A stretch of 64,000 nt of DNA from the human T2T-CHM13v2.0 reference genome, Homo sapiens. Under the pieces are notes generated by a model. The model did no database searches and had not been told where the DNA came from. It saw only the letters and a list, made by a program, of their open reading frames with translations. How positions within the stretch are numbered: the first letter of the stretch is position 1; every line of letters begins with the position of its first letter. The DNA lies in assembly GCF_009914755.1 (NCBI RefSeq), contig NC_060935.1. One strand, written 5' to 3'. This document shows, piece after piece, positions 15,991-45,926 of the stretch. The position numbers were made by a program, and so were the translations under genes.

Positions 15991-17015
15991 CCGGCTCCGA
16001 GCCTGGGCTCTCTCTAGAGCATGCCACTGTCTTTCCAAGAATGTGTAGAAGTAGAAGGAAAGAGAGTGGGGACACCCCAAAGCCCAACTGCAGGGAACTA
16101 AACCCAAGACCCGGAGGGAGACCACAGGTGCCCGGGGCTGGCCCCGCCATACCATTGTCAGGTGTGTTTGCTCCTGCTAATGTCGCAGCCACAGCTGTCT
16201 CTTAAATGTCCCAAACCTGGAGGAAGGGTGGGACGGAAGTGCAGGAAGGAAGATGCTGGGGGATCCGGAGTGAGCGAGGACATTCCAAACCCACAGGAGC
16301 TCTGGAAGGAACTCCCGACGTCCATCCCCGACATGCCCTGAACTCCTCCCTACAGTTCCAATTTTCCAAAGTAATGATCTTGGTGGGTAAGAAACTCATC
16401 CTGTCCTCACCGCCTCGGCCTTGGAGGGCCAGTCCAGCCGGCTCCCTCCGCCTCTCCCCGTTGAGGACTCCAGGCAGGTAACAGGCCTGAGCGCTTCCCT
16501 CCCCATGCACAGCGGACAGGCAAGACCAGGAGGACTGGAAGGACTTGTGTCCCTGTCACCAGCAGCACAAATGAAGCCGCCAGAGGTAATAACAGGGCAA
16601 GGGCGCGCTCACCAGCTCTCAGGCCGTGCTAGAGCACGGGCCCTGGAGGAGTGGGGTTCCCTGTGTGCCAGACTGGTGGTGCCTCCTGCCCTCCCTAACC
16701 AGCACACTCTCCTCTGACTCAAACGCCCCCTAACTGTTTGCTCCCCTCCACTCCCTTCCGGGAGCTGTAAGAGGTTCCTGCCAGGGTTCTCAGAAGCCTT
16801 GTGTAGGGACCTCTGTGGGGCCACCACAGCCCTCAGGCCACAGCCCTGTAAGAGAGGTGGTAGGTGCTGGAGTCAGGGCAGAGGGGCTGAGAGCTGCCCT
16901 GGCTGAGTTTCATGCCCAGGTGGGGAGGAAGCGTTCCCTAAGGAGGCGAGGAGCCCTCTAAGAAGTTTGATTTGTTTGGGGTTTGAAATTTCAGCCTTAA
17001 TATAAAGAGTTCCTA

Positions 17016-19581
<2,566 letters not shown>

Positions 19582-19882
19582 TTAGCTTTCTGAGACTGAC
19601 TGTTCATAAAGTGGAAGTAAGAGCAATGTAGGATGATGGTGAAGATTAAGATAATGAGTTGCTTTGTGAAGCAGAAAGCTCTAAACAAATGCTGGATGCA
19701 GCAGATAATAACATCCATGTCTGGTTTAGCTTCGGTAAGATGGGCGGTGGCTGCTGTAGTTGAATTTGCCCTGACTGCTGAGAACGCTGGGCACGTTGCA
19801 GCTGAGAGACAATTTTCCCATAGGGTACAGGCAAACTCTTGGATTTTCCGGTCCACAGTAATACAGAATATAAAAATAAACT

Positions 19883-20526
<644 letters not shown>

Positions 20527-22839
20527 TATTCTGAGTTCAGAGGAAGGTGTTTGGTGACCTGCTGACTACCCTTTCAGGAGTGAATATACGGCCCCTGATG
20601 AGAACCCCTGGTTAGTCGTGTGCTGAGCACTGGGAAGGAGAGAAAACGGCACAAAATGGAGACACCTGTGACCTCCTTCACCTATACCTGCTTACTGATG
20701 TTTTGGCGAAATGCTTGGGGGCTGAGTTGGGTGGACCGAGGATGCCAGAGCTTGTCATCTAAGGAGGCTGGGAGAGGCTGGGTGGTGGTTCCGGTTAGAT
20801 GGGTCTCCACCCTGCACGAGATAGATGGGCAGGCTCATGAATCATGAGCCCCTCGTGTTCATAACCGATTAGCTAGTTTGTTGCGGCGCCACTCTTGACT
20901 TTCCCACAATATGGGCCCTGACATCCTCAGAGGGTACCACGTTCTTCAGTCCACCCAGATGAAATGGATTTACAAATCCAATGATGAGCTTTCTGAGTAC
21001 TGACTGTGTTTGGAGACTCGTTCTTGACTGTGCCACTCCAAGTCCTTCAAATGAAAGACAATGTTCACCCTTTTTTTCCTTCCTTTTCTGCTCCTTCTAG
21101 GATACCCCTCGCCACGTTTTCTGTTTTACCTCCTTTTCTTTCAAGGAATCATTTTAATTGCTCTTCCTCTCCTTGTTCCTCAGTTTCCCTCACCTTCTCC
21201 TCATGTCCTCCTCTCTCTGCCTCTGGATCTAGCCAGCGTCTTCCTCTGTGCTCTTCATGTCACAGGCACCTGCCACCAGGAGCCACCGATGCCAGGCTGT
21301 CCTGAGCTAACGCACAGGGAGGACTGTATGACGAGGGAGTGCAGACGGCAAGACAGCCACTCAACAGCAGAATGGGGGCTGCCCTTGCCGCCCAGGCCAC
21401 CCAGGCTGTGGCTCCTGAGCTGCGTGGTCCTCCCTTCATCACTCGCCCCCTCTCTGAATTCTCCCACAGCCTTTTACAATCTTTTTAAACAGCTTTTCTC
21501 CCCATACTCCTGCCAGCCCTCCTCCCCTGCCCTCCCTCCGAAGGAGCCCTTGGATTTATCCACACCTGCTGGTGCCAACATGCCCCAGACTGAGCGCGCC
21601 GCTCCAGGTGTGGTTTTGCCTGGTGAATGGAGAGGCACGGGGCGGCTCTGTGTCCAGAGGTGGGAGAGGCCGTCCAGGGCCAGCCTTGCACCTGGGTTCA
21701 GCCAGCGCAGCTGCCCCCAACCATGCCAGGCCGCTCTGTTGATCCCCGCTATCGAGCGGAGCGTCAGGACAGGAGCTTTTGCTGTCTCCTTCCTGCCTCA
21801 GAACCCCACCCACTATGTTTTTTCTCATCTGAATCTCAGTTCGAAATCTCCAGCCCAAGGGGTTTCCCAACACCTCCTAGTTTTGAATCAACCTGCTGAT
21901 GCCAGCATTCCCAGATGAGGAATAGAGATGTGAGGTGGGACCTGGCCTGGCACTGCGTGGTGAAGACACTCCTGTACCCGCAACGGTCATCCAACTGGTG
22001 GCATCTGGACAAACAAACCCAGTCCCCTCCTTAGCTTCCATGAAGGAAAAAAACAAGTGGGTACAAGCTGAGGACACGGCTGGGAGTGGAACTGTAGGAA
22101 CAAGGACTGGCCAGATGGCGACACCAAGGCGGCCATGCTCCTACCCTGAAGCCGCAGCTGCAGGTCTGGTCTGCACCAGGTGGTCCTCTCCGGCAACCAA
22201 AGAATTCTCTGCCCCCAACAGTGCCTCGGTGGAAACCATGCCCAGTCTCTCTCGGGGTCACCCCACAGGAATATGCCTTTTAGTCCCCCACCTATGGCTT
22301 CATGGGGAAGACTTCTGGCAGCAGAGGCCCGGGCATGGCAGCAGGAAACAGAGAACTGGGTCAGTCTTCTTCTTTGTCCTACTGTGGCCTCGGGGTCTGG
22401 TCATTCTCCGAATGGGGCTGAAGGACAGCAATAGGGCCAGAACGGCAATCTGGGTCTGTGCATCATGTTCTAGCCAACAAAACATCCCACCTTGGATTTT
22501 ATTTTTTAAATCTATTCAAAGCTTCGGTTCCTCATCCAATTCCCAGAGAGGCCATCCCCTTGTCCAAATGGGCAGAGTGGCATGCCAGCACTGAGCCACC
22601 TCTGGAGGGGGCTGGCCACCTCTGGATGGGTCGGCACCCTCTCACAGGGGTGAACACTGCAGACTGGAACTGAGCTTCTCTCTGCTCCTCTGATTTGAGG
22701 AGAGAGCACACCTGATACCACAGCAAGCACTTGTTCTTGGCACTTGGTGTCACTCTTGCTTCATCTTGGCTCAGCTTAAACCCTTCAACTGAATGGTGGC
22801 GATCACCACAGAGGAGAACTCTCTTCTTCCCCCTCCGTG

Positions 22840-23152
22840 CCACATGCACACACATGCACACTCACACACGCACACAATTGTACACACATGCACACTCACA
22901 TACGTGCACAATTATACACACACGCAATCACACACATGCACTCACATGCACACACGTAGACACACGCACAATTGCACACACATGCACACGTGCACTCACG
23001 CGTACACACTCGCACACACATGCACACTCGCACACACGTTCAGACGTGCACTCACGTATACACTCCCACACACGTTCAGACGTGCACTCACGTGCACACT
23101 CGCAAACACGCACACTCACACATGCACACTCACACACATGCACACTCACATG
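22840..23152. repeat. Degenerate (CA)n/CACG low-complexity repeat
   Basis: cacatgcacacacatgcacactcacac... for ~310 bp. Confidence 0.92.
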
Positions 23153-23902
23153 CCCGCCAGGGCAGGAGCCTGGCTCTCCAGGAGGCAGGGCAAGTGTCCA
23201 GACAGAAGGATGAGAGCCATGTTGTGGCACAGGAGGGCCCCATGGTGGATGATGGGGAGGAAGGGCCATGTGGACAGGCAGGGGTGGGGTTGGGAGGGGC
23301 TCCTCATCTTTCCTGAGCAGGGCCCGGGTGGAACCAAGTCTCCTGGAATTGTTCATTGTTGACTTCACCAACATATTCTTAAAACTTGAAATTGCTCAGA
23401 AGATAATCTAACAGCACAAACATGCACACATAAACAGTAAGAGTCCCTTGGCATCAAACTGGCAAACTGTGGTGGCAGAAACACAGGAAGGATCCACTCC
23501 CGGTGTGAGGCTTGCTGTCCCTCCCTCTTCAATGCGCTGGCTACCAAGCCTTTGCCAATCCCCAGTGCAGCAGTTCACAGACTTTTTACTGCTAAGAACG
23601 GCTTTTGGCAACCCCAAAAATGTGATGTGCCCTTTCGGTGGGTAGAATTAATTGGCGTAATAGAACGTGTCCTCCTCTCAGGCATCAGCACTGCTGCTGC
23701 ATCTTCGCAGCCTCTCTCAGCCTCGGTTCTGCCACCTTTCCTCACTCATACAACAACAGGCTCCTCCTATCGAGGAGGTAATGAGCTCCCACTGGACTTT
23801 GGGGTCCTCTAGAGTCACCTGCAAACTCCACTCCTCCCTCCCAACGTCGTCTCTAGAAGATTCCTTTGTCCTCGAGGCTCTCCTTTCAGTGAAGGACCCT
23901 CA

Positions 23903-26288
<2,386 letters not shown>

Positions 26289-28319
26289 CATCTCTGACCA
26301 ATTCTTCCAGAATGTTCCACAGGTTTCTTCTTCACACTTTATGATTCTATTTTACTGACCCAAACAATTCGCCCTCCAATGTTTCGTGGAGGGGATAACA
26401 ACTCTGGGTATTTGAAGATGTTTTCTGACATCTTATCTGTTTCCTTCCCTCCTTGGTCTGCGCTGGGCTACCTGAAATGCCTCCTACACGCGCGCTTCCC
26501 TTATGAACATTCATTAGATGGGTACTTGTCCTGCTTAACTCCTACAAATTCACAAGTTCTCTAATGCTCAAATTCAAAGCACTTGCATCTCTAGGTAATC
26601 ACTGTTTGCTAAAATGCTCTTTAGCTTTTTCTATCTACAATGTTTCTGAACGTTAATTTAATTGAACTTAAAAGCGATTGTGCATAATGTGCCGCAACTT
26701 GGCACTCAGCTCATGTAAACAGTGTCTTGCTGACAGGGTAGGTCTAGTGCAGGAAATAACCCCGTCAGCAGCGCTGTCCCACATAGGACTACAAATCCAT
26801 GACAGCCTCAGGGGCTCCCCACGAGGCACAATGGGTGATGTCATTCTTCTGGGGCTTGGCTAGGCCATGACTGGGTCTAGAGGCACTCTCTCTTCCCAGT
26901 CCGTTTTTAGAACTAATATTTGCAATGCCACTTCCACATTTCCCTCTATTTCTGATTCATGTCAGCCTGAGGCCTGAGACAGAACAAGCCTGCAGCTGAA
27001 CACATGGTTACCACTTTTTTTCCAAAACCTTAGGAAAACGTTGTTAATGTTCAGGGCTATGAGTGACCTTGCCGTCCCACATCATGGAACTATTTATTAA
27101 ACAGATGGATGGACAACCTTATAATTAGGTCAACTACGTATACTCCGATTCAAGCCCTTGGTTTCATTCCTTTTCTCTCTAAGATTAGGGAATTTCTCAA
27201 TGACCAATAACGCAGAAATACACCCCCTCACATCCCGAGGGAGATTGCTCAGCCTACAGCCACCCCGTGAAGATCCCATGACTTCTGGCATCTGCCCTAA
27301 TAACCCAAGTCTCTTATCTGTGAGTTTTGGTTTGTCAGACCCTGTTGTTCGCATTAATCTTCCTGTGCCTGTGAGGACAGAACCCGGACAAAGTGGGAGT
27401 CCTGAACCTGCGTATGCTGGTTGAATAGGTAAACACCCTCAGATAAGGAGGCCTTGGGAAAACCATTGTGACGTCCTAAGAATGCAAGGTGTAAAAGTTC
27501 CAATCCCACTCTCCCACCCCTAAACCAGTTGAGACACAGACCTGCCCTTCCCCAGGTTGACTTGGCCCGACTAGATAGCATCTGCAATCTGCACTCGCTC
27601 CCTCCCTCCCAAGTGAATCAGTCCCCAACCGGTTACCTCCCCAGGCTCCTTGGAGACAATGCCAAGTACAGCCTAGGGGGTGATGGCTCCATTTGAGGAG
27701 CCTGGCATCTTGGAGAGTGCCACCCCAATCCCCCGCTTTGGGCAGGTGCATAGGGAGGACTCAGGAAAGAGGTGTTCTGCCATGGACCAGTCCAGGTCCA
27801 AAAAGTCTCGAGAAGCGCCCGGGAGCCAGGAGAAAAGCCGAGAGATGAAAGGAGATGCCTGAGGTGCCGCAGCCCAGGTCTGAGCCGGGCTAGAAACCGC
27901 GTGACAAAACAAAGATGCGTTCTTAGCCGTGATGGAACTCCCAGATTAGCTTGGCTTTCTTCCTTTGTTTTGTTTTGTTTTATTCATCTCTGTCGCATCT
28001 ATTTTCCTCTGGGCATGTGACACTTCCACTCTTTCTCTTCTTTAGTCCTCTTCCAGAAGTTCTGTTCTGTGCTGGATTAGGTCAGGAGTGATGGATTGTT
28101 CTTATACACACGGGATATGGTGGATGAATGTGTTGATCTGACACTCACTGAGAGTTCTAAACAGGGAATTATAGCAGTGACAAGTGGTGAAAGACATGGC
28201 CCCTGCCTCTTGAGCTTCTGTGGGACCCAGCAGGCTGGAGGGGCGCACCCAGCTTTATGCATCTGCCCTCAGGAGAGCTGCACAGGCTCCAATTTTTCTA
28301 CTTTTATTTTTAATTTAAT

Positions 28320-30170
<1,851 letters not shown>

Positions 30171-30399
30171 TTATTCCAAAAGAATGCTTTATGGTTAAAA
30201 TTAAACCACAGTCCAAAAGCTATTAGAACTGGACTTTGAACAAATGCCAAAGAGGACAGTTATGAACATATTCTTGACAGAAAAAGAAAGAGACCCACCA
30301 GAAGGAAGAAATCTAAAACAAACAAAAAATTAAGTAAAATGTTGAAACCTGTTCAACCACCCTACTTCAGATAGAACGCACTTTTTAACCACATTAGGA

Positions 30400-30900
30400 A
30401 AGCGAAACTCGCCGTGGGTGGGGTGGAAACGCTGCCAGGTCATCCTGTCTAAAGAAACTCTGGTCGCGCCTACCTGAGGGACGTGCGGGCGCGGCTCGGC
30501 CCCCACGAGGCGCCCCGACACCGCGCCGGCCGCGCGGCTCCCGCAGGCACAGCGCCCGCCCCGGCGAGCACCAGTGCATCACCCCGGTGACGTGGGTCAC
30601 CTGCCCTGATGCGTTATTCCGCCGCTTGATGAAGAAACCAGCATTTAGGAAAACACAGAGGCGCACATTAGCGTGCACGAAATCGCCCGAGGGAGCTGAG
30701 AGCTGGCGAGGTCACGAGTGCCGGGCTCCGGGCGGGGGGTGGGGCAGGGCGGCGGGGCAAGGCCGGGGCGGGAGCGGCGATCCGAGGCCGGGTCAGCAGC
30801 GCCCCCTCCTGGAACGCCGGGAGCGCCGCGCGCGCGGATGCCGCTCTCCTTCCAGCCTGGCGCGCCGCTGCCCCCTATCGGACAAACGCTTTGACCGTTG
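30400..30900. promoter_or_regulatory. Orphan CpG island with two CTCF-like motifs
   Basis: CpG-dense; minus-strand CCAGGAGGGGGCGC (30812-30799) and CCGATAGGGGGCAGC (30881-30867); GTGACGTG at ~30587. Confidence 0.75.
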
Positions 30901-31289
30901 GCTAAAGCAAGTATCAGACGTCAGCCCCTCCAGGTGGCAAGCACGCCTGGCCAAGCCTCAGTTTCCACATCTCTCAAATGGGAGCGATGGCAACACTATC
31001 TACCCTTGCACACCTCAGAGGGTGACCAGGAGCAAATGAAGGAAGCACCGCTGTTTCTTCCTGGGCCGGCCTCGCTGCTTAGGCCCCAGCAAAATCCAGG
31101 TCGCCTCCCCGAGGTCATCTTTGTCCCCCGTGTCTGAACTGGGAGCACAGTTATAAAACCAGTCATGTTGTTCTGAGAGTGGCGTCTCTCTTCCAGTAGC
31201 TTCGATAACTCCACAAATGTATTTAACATAATTTTCAAAACATTTTTTCTTATAAGCATGTATCATAATTTAGTTTTCCGGCAATTATC

Positions 31290-35330
<4,041 letters not shown>

Positions 35331-35415
35331 CTCTGAAACTGAATTTCTATAGAAAACTCCAAGCTTTGTAAACTGTGGTCCACACCCCCATAAACATGCA
35401 CAGGTGCGCGCGTGT

Positions 35416-35448
<33 letters not shown>
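35416..35448. repeat. (CA)n microsatellite
   Basis: Perfect CA run of ~16 units. Confidence 0.95.
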
Positions 35449-35451
<3 letters not shown>

Positions 35452-35511
35452 TTCCCCCACAGCTTCCTTATCATATGTCCAAAGTACGCAGCTCAAAATT
35501 CAAACAAATTA

Positions 35512-35517
35512 TTTATT
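35512..35517 (-). terminator. Minus-strand poly(A) signal AATAAA
   Basis: AATAAA with T-rich upstream and T/GT-rich downstream context on the minus strand, in unique sequence. Confidence 0.5.
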
Positions 35518-36651
35518 ACAAAACAAATTTTAAAAAATCACAACGTGATTCGCATACTGGCAATAGGCTGTTACTTGCCATTTGCCAGGGTATGATTTGT
35601 ATTTTGTTTTAATTTATGCTGGTTTCAGGAACTATGGCCATTTGCCTTTTTCCTGCACTACCCGTGCGCCTCCTGTGGGCACTCAGCATGGGGGGGCATG
35701 TAGTTTTTCTCACTTCCCGCAGCACGTTTTTATCTTATATTGCCTACAATTCAGAAAAGGTATTTAGCCATCAGTGGAGGCCTGGGCTTGGCGTGCATTC
35801 AATGCACAAACACAGCCTGGCTTCAAAGCCAAGCTGAGTGGCACACCTCGTGACAGAACAGCAGAAAGGCAGACCCAGGTGCCTGCGGAGGTGGCAGGGA
35901 CCCCAGGCAGGCCAGTGGGGCCTGGCCAACAGGGGGGCACAGGCCCCAGCTGAAGGAAACAGAGAGAGGCAACTCCAGTTCCTATATGGGCCCAGTGTGG
36001 CCAGATCTTCTCATTTTCCAAGAAAAGCCAGAAACTCACTCTTTAATGTGAATCTCTGCATTTTAAAAAGGTACCAATTAATTCTAAACATGGTCTTAAA
36101 ATATTCTTTGGGGCAAACATAACACATCTATGGCCGATGTGGCATCAGAGCCACCTAACTGTGAGCTCTCCGGAGCAGAAGATGGTTCCAGCAGGCTTCT
36201 GGCCCGAATCCGCCATTCATTCACTGCTGACTAGGGTGGTCGCTTCACCTCCCAATCACATGGCACTGAAGACCCAGCCAGCTGGTAGAGCTACCACATA
36301 GGTCCAAAACCTCCTCACACCACCACTTACTACCAACACATACTAGCTATGTCGTTTCGATTGACCACTCTGACGGGCTTCAATGCCACCTATAAAATGT
36401 GGATAGTAATACAATTGCGGTTGTGGGATTAAGTGAGATAATGTGTGTAACACGCCTAATGCAGAGTAAGCATTTCACGTCAGCTACTGCTATCCATGCG
36501 CCTGGCGCCTCATTCCTCACCATCCATTCACATTAATCAGCCAATTCTGTTAAATGGGACTTTTAATACTCTCTCAAGTCTTGTTTTTATTCCTCCTCTC
36601 TCCGCTGTAATTCATAACCTCATCCTCTCTACCCTGAACTATTTATTTATT

Positions 36652-39428
<2,777 letters not shown>

Positions 39429-40568
39429 TGAAGCGCTCATCCAGTAAGTATGCGCCGAATGAATGGAGGGGTTGCTGCACAGCCTCATTCCCTACCCCCA
39501 TTCAGGATCCCAGGCCTTGCTTTGGCAGGTGAGGAAGCCAAGGTTCAGGGCTTGTCTGGTAGGAATAGAGGAGGCCATTCAGCAGACAGAGCGGTTTCCA
39601 GCTCAGCTCTGGAGTCAGGCTGCCTGGACTCTGTGCCTGGCTCTGGCAGTGTCTACTGGGTAGAGTCGATAGAGTAATAGTTCCTATCTCAAAGAGCTAT
39701 TGGACTAAATTATAGAGAACATGTAAAGTGCTTAGCATGGTGCTGATTAAATTACCCTGATTATTACAAGAATTCAGTAAATGTTAGCTATTATAATCAT
39801 TTGTCAAGAAGATCCTACCATGAGGCTTGAGCCATCTATAGCTTATCTTTACAACTCTGCCCACTCCCTATTAATATCTCCACTTTATTGTCTAACAATG
39901 GGATCAGAGTTCCTAGAAAATGAAAGAGCAAGCTATCAGCTTCTGCCCAATAAAGAAGGAGAAATAGCGGAGCTGGGGAGAAGCAAACAGATCTCATACA
40001 CAGAACGCCTGGTTGTGCAACTGGCTCAGCTTAGAAATAGATCTGGACTCTCAATGGCCATGCAGAAAGGAAGAAAACAAAGGCGCACGTCTTCAGGCTG
40101 CTGAGGGAAACTCTATATCCAGAAAAACCTCAAGTACAAGTATGGAACAAAGACAGTTTCAGGCTTTTGAGGTTTCAAAAAATGTGACATTCTAAGAAAC
40201 AGGGTAAATTATTATAGCAATTTCTCAATAGATATTAAATAGTACTGAGACTGATGAAGTCACTGAATATGATGGGTTGATTTATTCTGCAGACACATGC
40301 TGAGTGCTACTATGTGCTGGTTACACACTGGACTAGAGAGGGTAACCAGACTGACACATATTGCTGCCCTCATAGAGCTCATTTACATCCTAGTGAGGAC
40401 AGATAGATGTAAACAGCTACAGTAGGAAAGTTCTGAGTCAGAAGGTGATGAACGTGATGGAGAAAGAGAAGCCAGGGCCTCTAGCCTCAACTTCCAGGAA
40501 CTGGAACTACAGAACTACAGGAACTATAGCAGACAGATGAACGAACTACGGCTGGGCGTGGTGGCTCA

Positions 40569-41260
<692 letters not shown>

Positions 41261-41351
41261 ACCTTAAGGAGCAAGAAAAATGGGACAGTACTAGAGGGAA
41301 ATGTAGGGTACAGAGAAGTTTTTTGTTTTTGTTTTTTAAGATGGGAAAAGT

Positions 41352-43785
<2,434 letters not shown>

Positions 43786-44324
43786 TTATCTCCTCTCTTG
43801 CTTTTGTCACTTGGGAGCCCTTCATTCTTCAGGCTCCTCTTTCAGAAATTTTGCCCACTTCAGTCTGCACCTTCTTCCACAACTCTCAAAATCTACCCTT
43901 TATCCTGCTGCAATTCTCCATCTCATAGACCCCATTTAGTGTCAGACTAAATCCTTCTAGCCCATCCTCCATCCTTTTCTCAAACATTTCCCTATGAGCT
44001 CCCAGTCACAGCTTTTCTCCCAATATCCAAGTGTCCTCTGTCAACACATTACCAAGTCTTCTCTTTCTCCTCCATATGTTCCCACTTCCCTCTGAACCAG
44101 AGACTCCTCTTTGCTTCCTTTGATCCTGGCCTCCGCCTTCAGCCCCAGAAGCTCTTTTCCTCACTTCCACTCTCTTTTATTTTAGGCTCAGACTCTCTCC
44201 TTTCCTTTCTCAACTTTACCCCTTCAGTGTCAATAATGTTCTGTCTGGCTCTAATTTCTCCTCTGACTTTCAGTACTTCTCCTGTCTGCCTCTTTCCTTC
44301 TTTGGTGTCAATCCTTCATCTGCC

Positions 44325-45926
44325 TCATTCACTGGTACCTTCACCTATAATATCTTTTTTTTCCATAGAAACAGATTCATCAGTGATATCTTTCACTTCA
44401 CTCAAGATGCCCCCCTCAACTCCCACTCCTTTCTCAGTCCCTTGTAGTTCCTCACTCCCTTTGACACTTTCAAAAGGAATTTCCATCTCATCATGAGTAA
44501 ATGCCATCACTCTTTCATCGCCAGTAACTTCTACCACTTTTTCAATGTTCTTCTCATTTATGCTCCCCATTCTTGAACCCTCCAATTTCTCCCCGCTGGT
44601 CCCTAACTTCTCCTCACTAGATCTCAGCTTCTCCGCACTTGACCCCAGCTTCTCTCCACTCAACCTCAGCTTCTCTCTGCTTGATCTCAGCTTCTCTCCA
44701 CTGGTTCCCAGCTTCTCTCTGCTTGATCTCAGCTTCTCTCCACTCAACCTCAGCTTCTCATCACTTGTTCCCAGCTTCTCTCCACTCAATCTCAGCTTCT
44801 CTCTGCTTGATCTTAGCTTCTCTCCACTCAACCTCAGCTTCTCTCTGCTTGATCTTAGCTTCTCTCCACTCAACCTCAGCTTCTCATCACTGGTTCCCAG
44901 CTTCTCTCCACTCAACCTCAGCTTCTCTCTGCTTGATCTCAGCTTCTCTCCACTCAACCTCAGCTTCTCTCCACTCAACCTCAGCTTCTCATCACTGGTT
45001 CCCAGCTTCTCTCCACTCAACCTCAGCTTCTCTCTGATTGATCTCAGCGTCTCTCCACTCAACCTCAGCTTCTCATCACTGGTTCCCAGCTTCTCTCCAC
45101 TTGATCTCAGCTTCTCTCCACTAGTTCCCAGCTTCTCTCCACTCCATCTCAGCTTCTCTCTACTTGATCTCAAATTCTCTCCACTTGATCTCAGCTTTCT
45201 GCCACTGGACCTCAGCTTCACTCCACTGGACCCCTGCTTCTCTCCCCTGCACACCAGCTTCTCACTAGTAGACCTCAGCTTCTCTACACTTGATCTCATC
45301 TTGTCTACACTAGACCTCAACCCCTTCTCATCCTGTCCCAGTTTATATCCATTGGATCTCAAGTCCTCTCCACTGGTCCCTACCTTCTCCCCAGCAGACC
45401 TCAACCTCTCTTCAAACCCAGACCCCTTCATAGGCCCTGCTGTCATCCCTGCACTCTTAGATTTAGCCTTTATTTCGTGTTTGACCTCTTGCTTTCCCCA
45501 AATACCCCTTGGGCTGTCTTTCCCCAAATCTGCTGAAGCTTGTGATGCACTTGCTCCACGGTATAGCAGCTTCACATCCATCCTTTCCTGACTCGGGCCT
45601 GACTTCCCTTTCAAGACCGTCTTTTCCACATCTTCCAGTCTCCAGTACTCAGACTCCAGCTTCGGCTTTCGAGTGTTTCTAGTCAGGAGCTCCACTCTCT
45701 TCCCAATTACCATGAGCCCGTTCCAAGGTCCCCAGGTTTTCTCTCGCAGCATCGGCACCCCCTTGCAGCCCCGCTCCAGTGGCGACCGTTCGCGGACCCC
45801 GGCCTCGCTTGGGGCGCCCTGGCCGCGGGACTTGTGGAGCTCCCTAGTCCTCCTAGGCTGCTTACCCCGCCGCTCCCTCCCGTCCAAGAGCGGAAACCTA
45901 AACAGACCCCCCTTCTCCACAGACAT
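44325..45926 (-). CDS. Candidate unrecognised protein-coding ORF, 533 aa from ATG 45926 (545 aa from ATG 45962), with 39 tandem 7-aa repeats
   Basis: 1.6-kb uninterrupted frame; ATG context ACAATGT (A at -3); ~170 unique N-terminal codons and ~85 acidic C-terminal codons are also stop-free; begins just inside the SNX32 CpG island in divergent orientation. Confidence 0.55.
   Translation of the reverse strand: MSVEKGGLFRFPLLDGRERRGKQPRRTRELHKSRGQGAPSEAGVRERSPLERGCKGVPMLREKTWGPWNGLMVIGKRVELLTRNTRKPKLESEYWRLEDVEKTVLKGKSGPSQERMDVKLLYRGASASQASADLGKDSPRGIWGKQEVKHEIKAKSKSAGMTAGPMKGSGFEERLRSAGEKVGTSGEDLRSNGYKLGQDEKGLRSSVDKMRSSVEKLRSTSEKLVCRGEKQGSSGVKLRSSGRKLRSSGENLRSSREKLRWSGEKLGTSGEKLRSSGEKLGTSDEKLRLSGETLRSIREKLRLSGEKLGTSDEKLRLSGEKLRLSGEKLRSSREKLRLSGEKLGTSDEKLRLSGEKLRSSREKLRLSGEKLRSSREKLRLSGEKLGTSDEKLRLSGEKLRSSREKLGTSGEKLRSSREKLRLSGEKLGSSAEKLRSSEEKLGTSGEKLEGSRMGSINEKNIEKVVEVTGDERVMAFTHDEMEIPFESVKGSEELQGTEKGVGVEGGILSEVKDITDESVSMEKKDIIGEGTSE
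44589..45407 (-). repeat. 21-bp minisatellite, 39 units (minus-strand consensus ~AAGCTGAGATCAAGTGGAGAG)
   Basis: Visible on + as ctcagcttctctccact...; 819 bp = 39 x 21 with no phase break. Confidence 0.95.

Noticed and set aside
21061-21918. 285-aa plus-strand ORF with a hydrophobic, signal-peptide-like start
   Set aside because: The hydrophobic start is the pyrimidine-rich complement of the minus-strand purine-rich block; no recognisable domain or promoter. Not formally excluded.
22731-23362. His/Thr-rich plus-strand ORFs
   Set aside because: Arise from the CA-rich low-complexity repeat.
44589-45407. CRISPR-like array
   Set aside because: Contiguous tandem units with no unique spacers, in human DNA.
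44545-45591. 348-aa plus-strand ORF (SFSPLNL repeats)
   Set aside because: Antisense mirror of the 21-bp array; barely extends beyond the repeat and has no adjacent promoter in that orientation. The minus frame is longer and has unique flanks.
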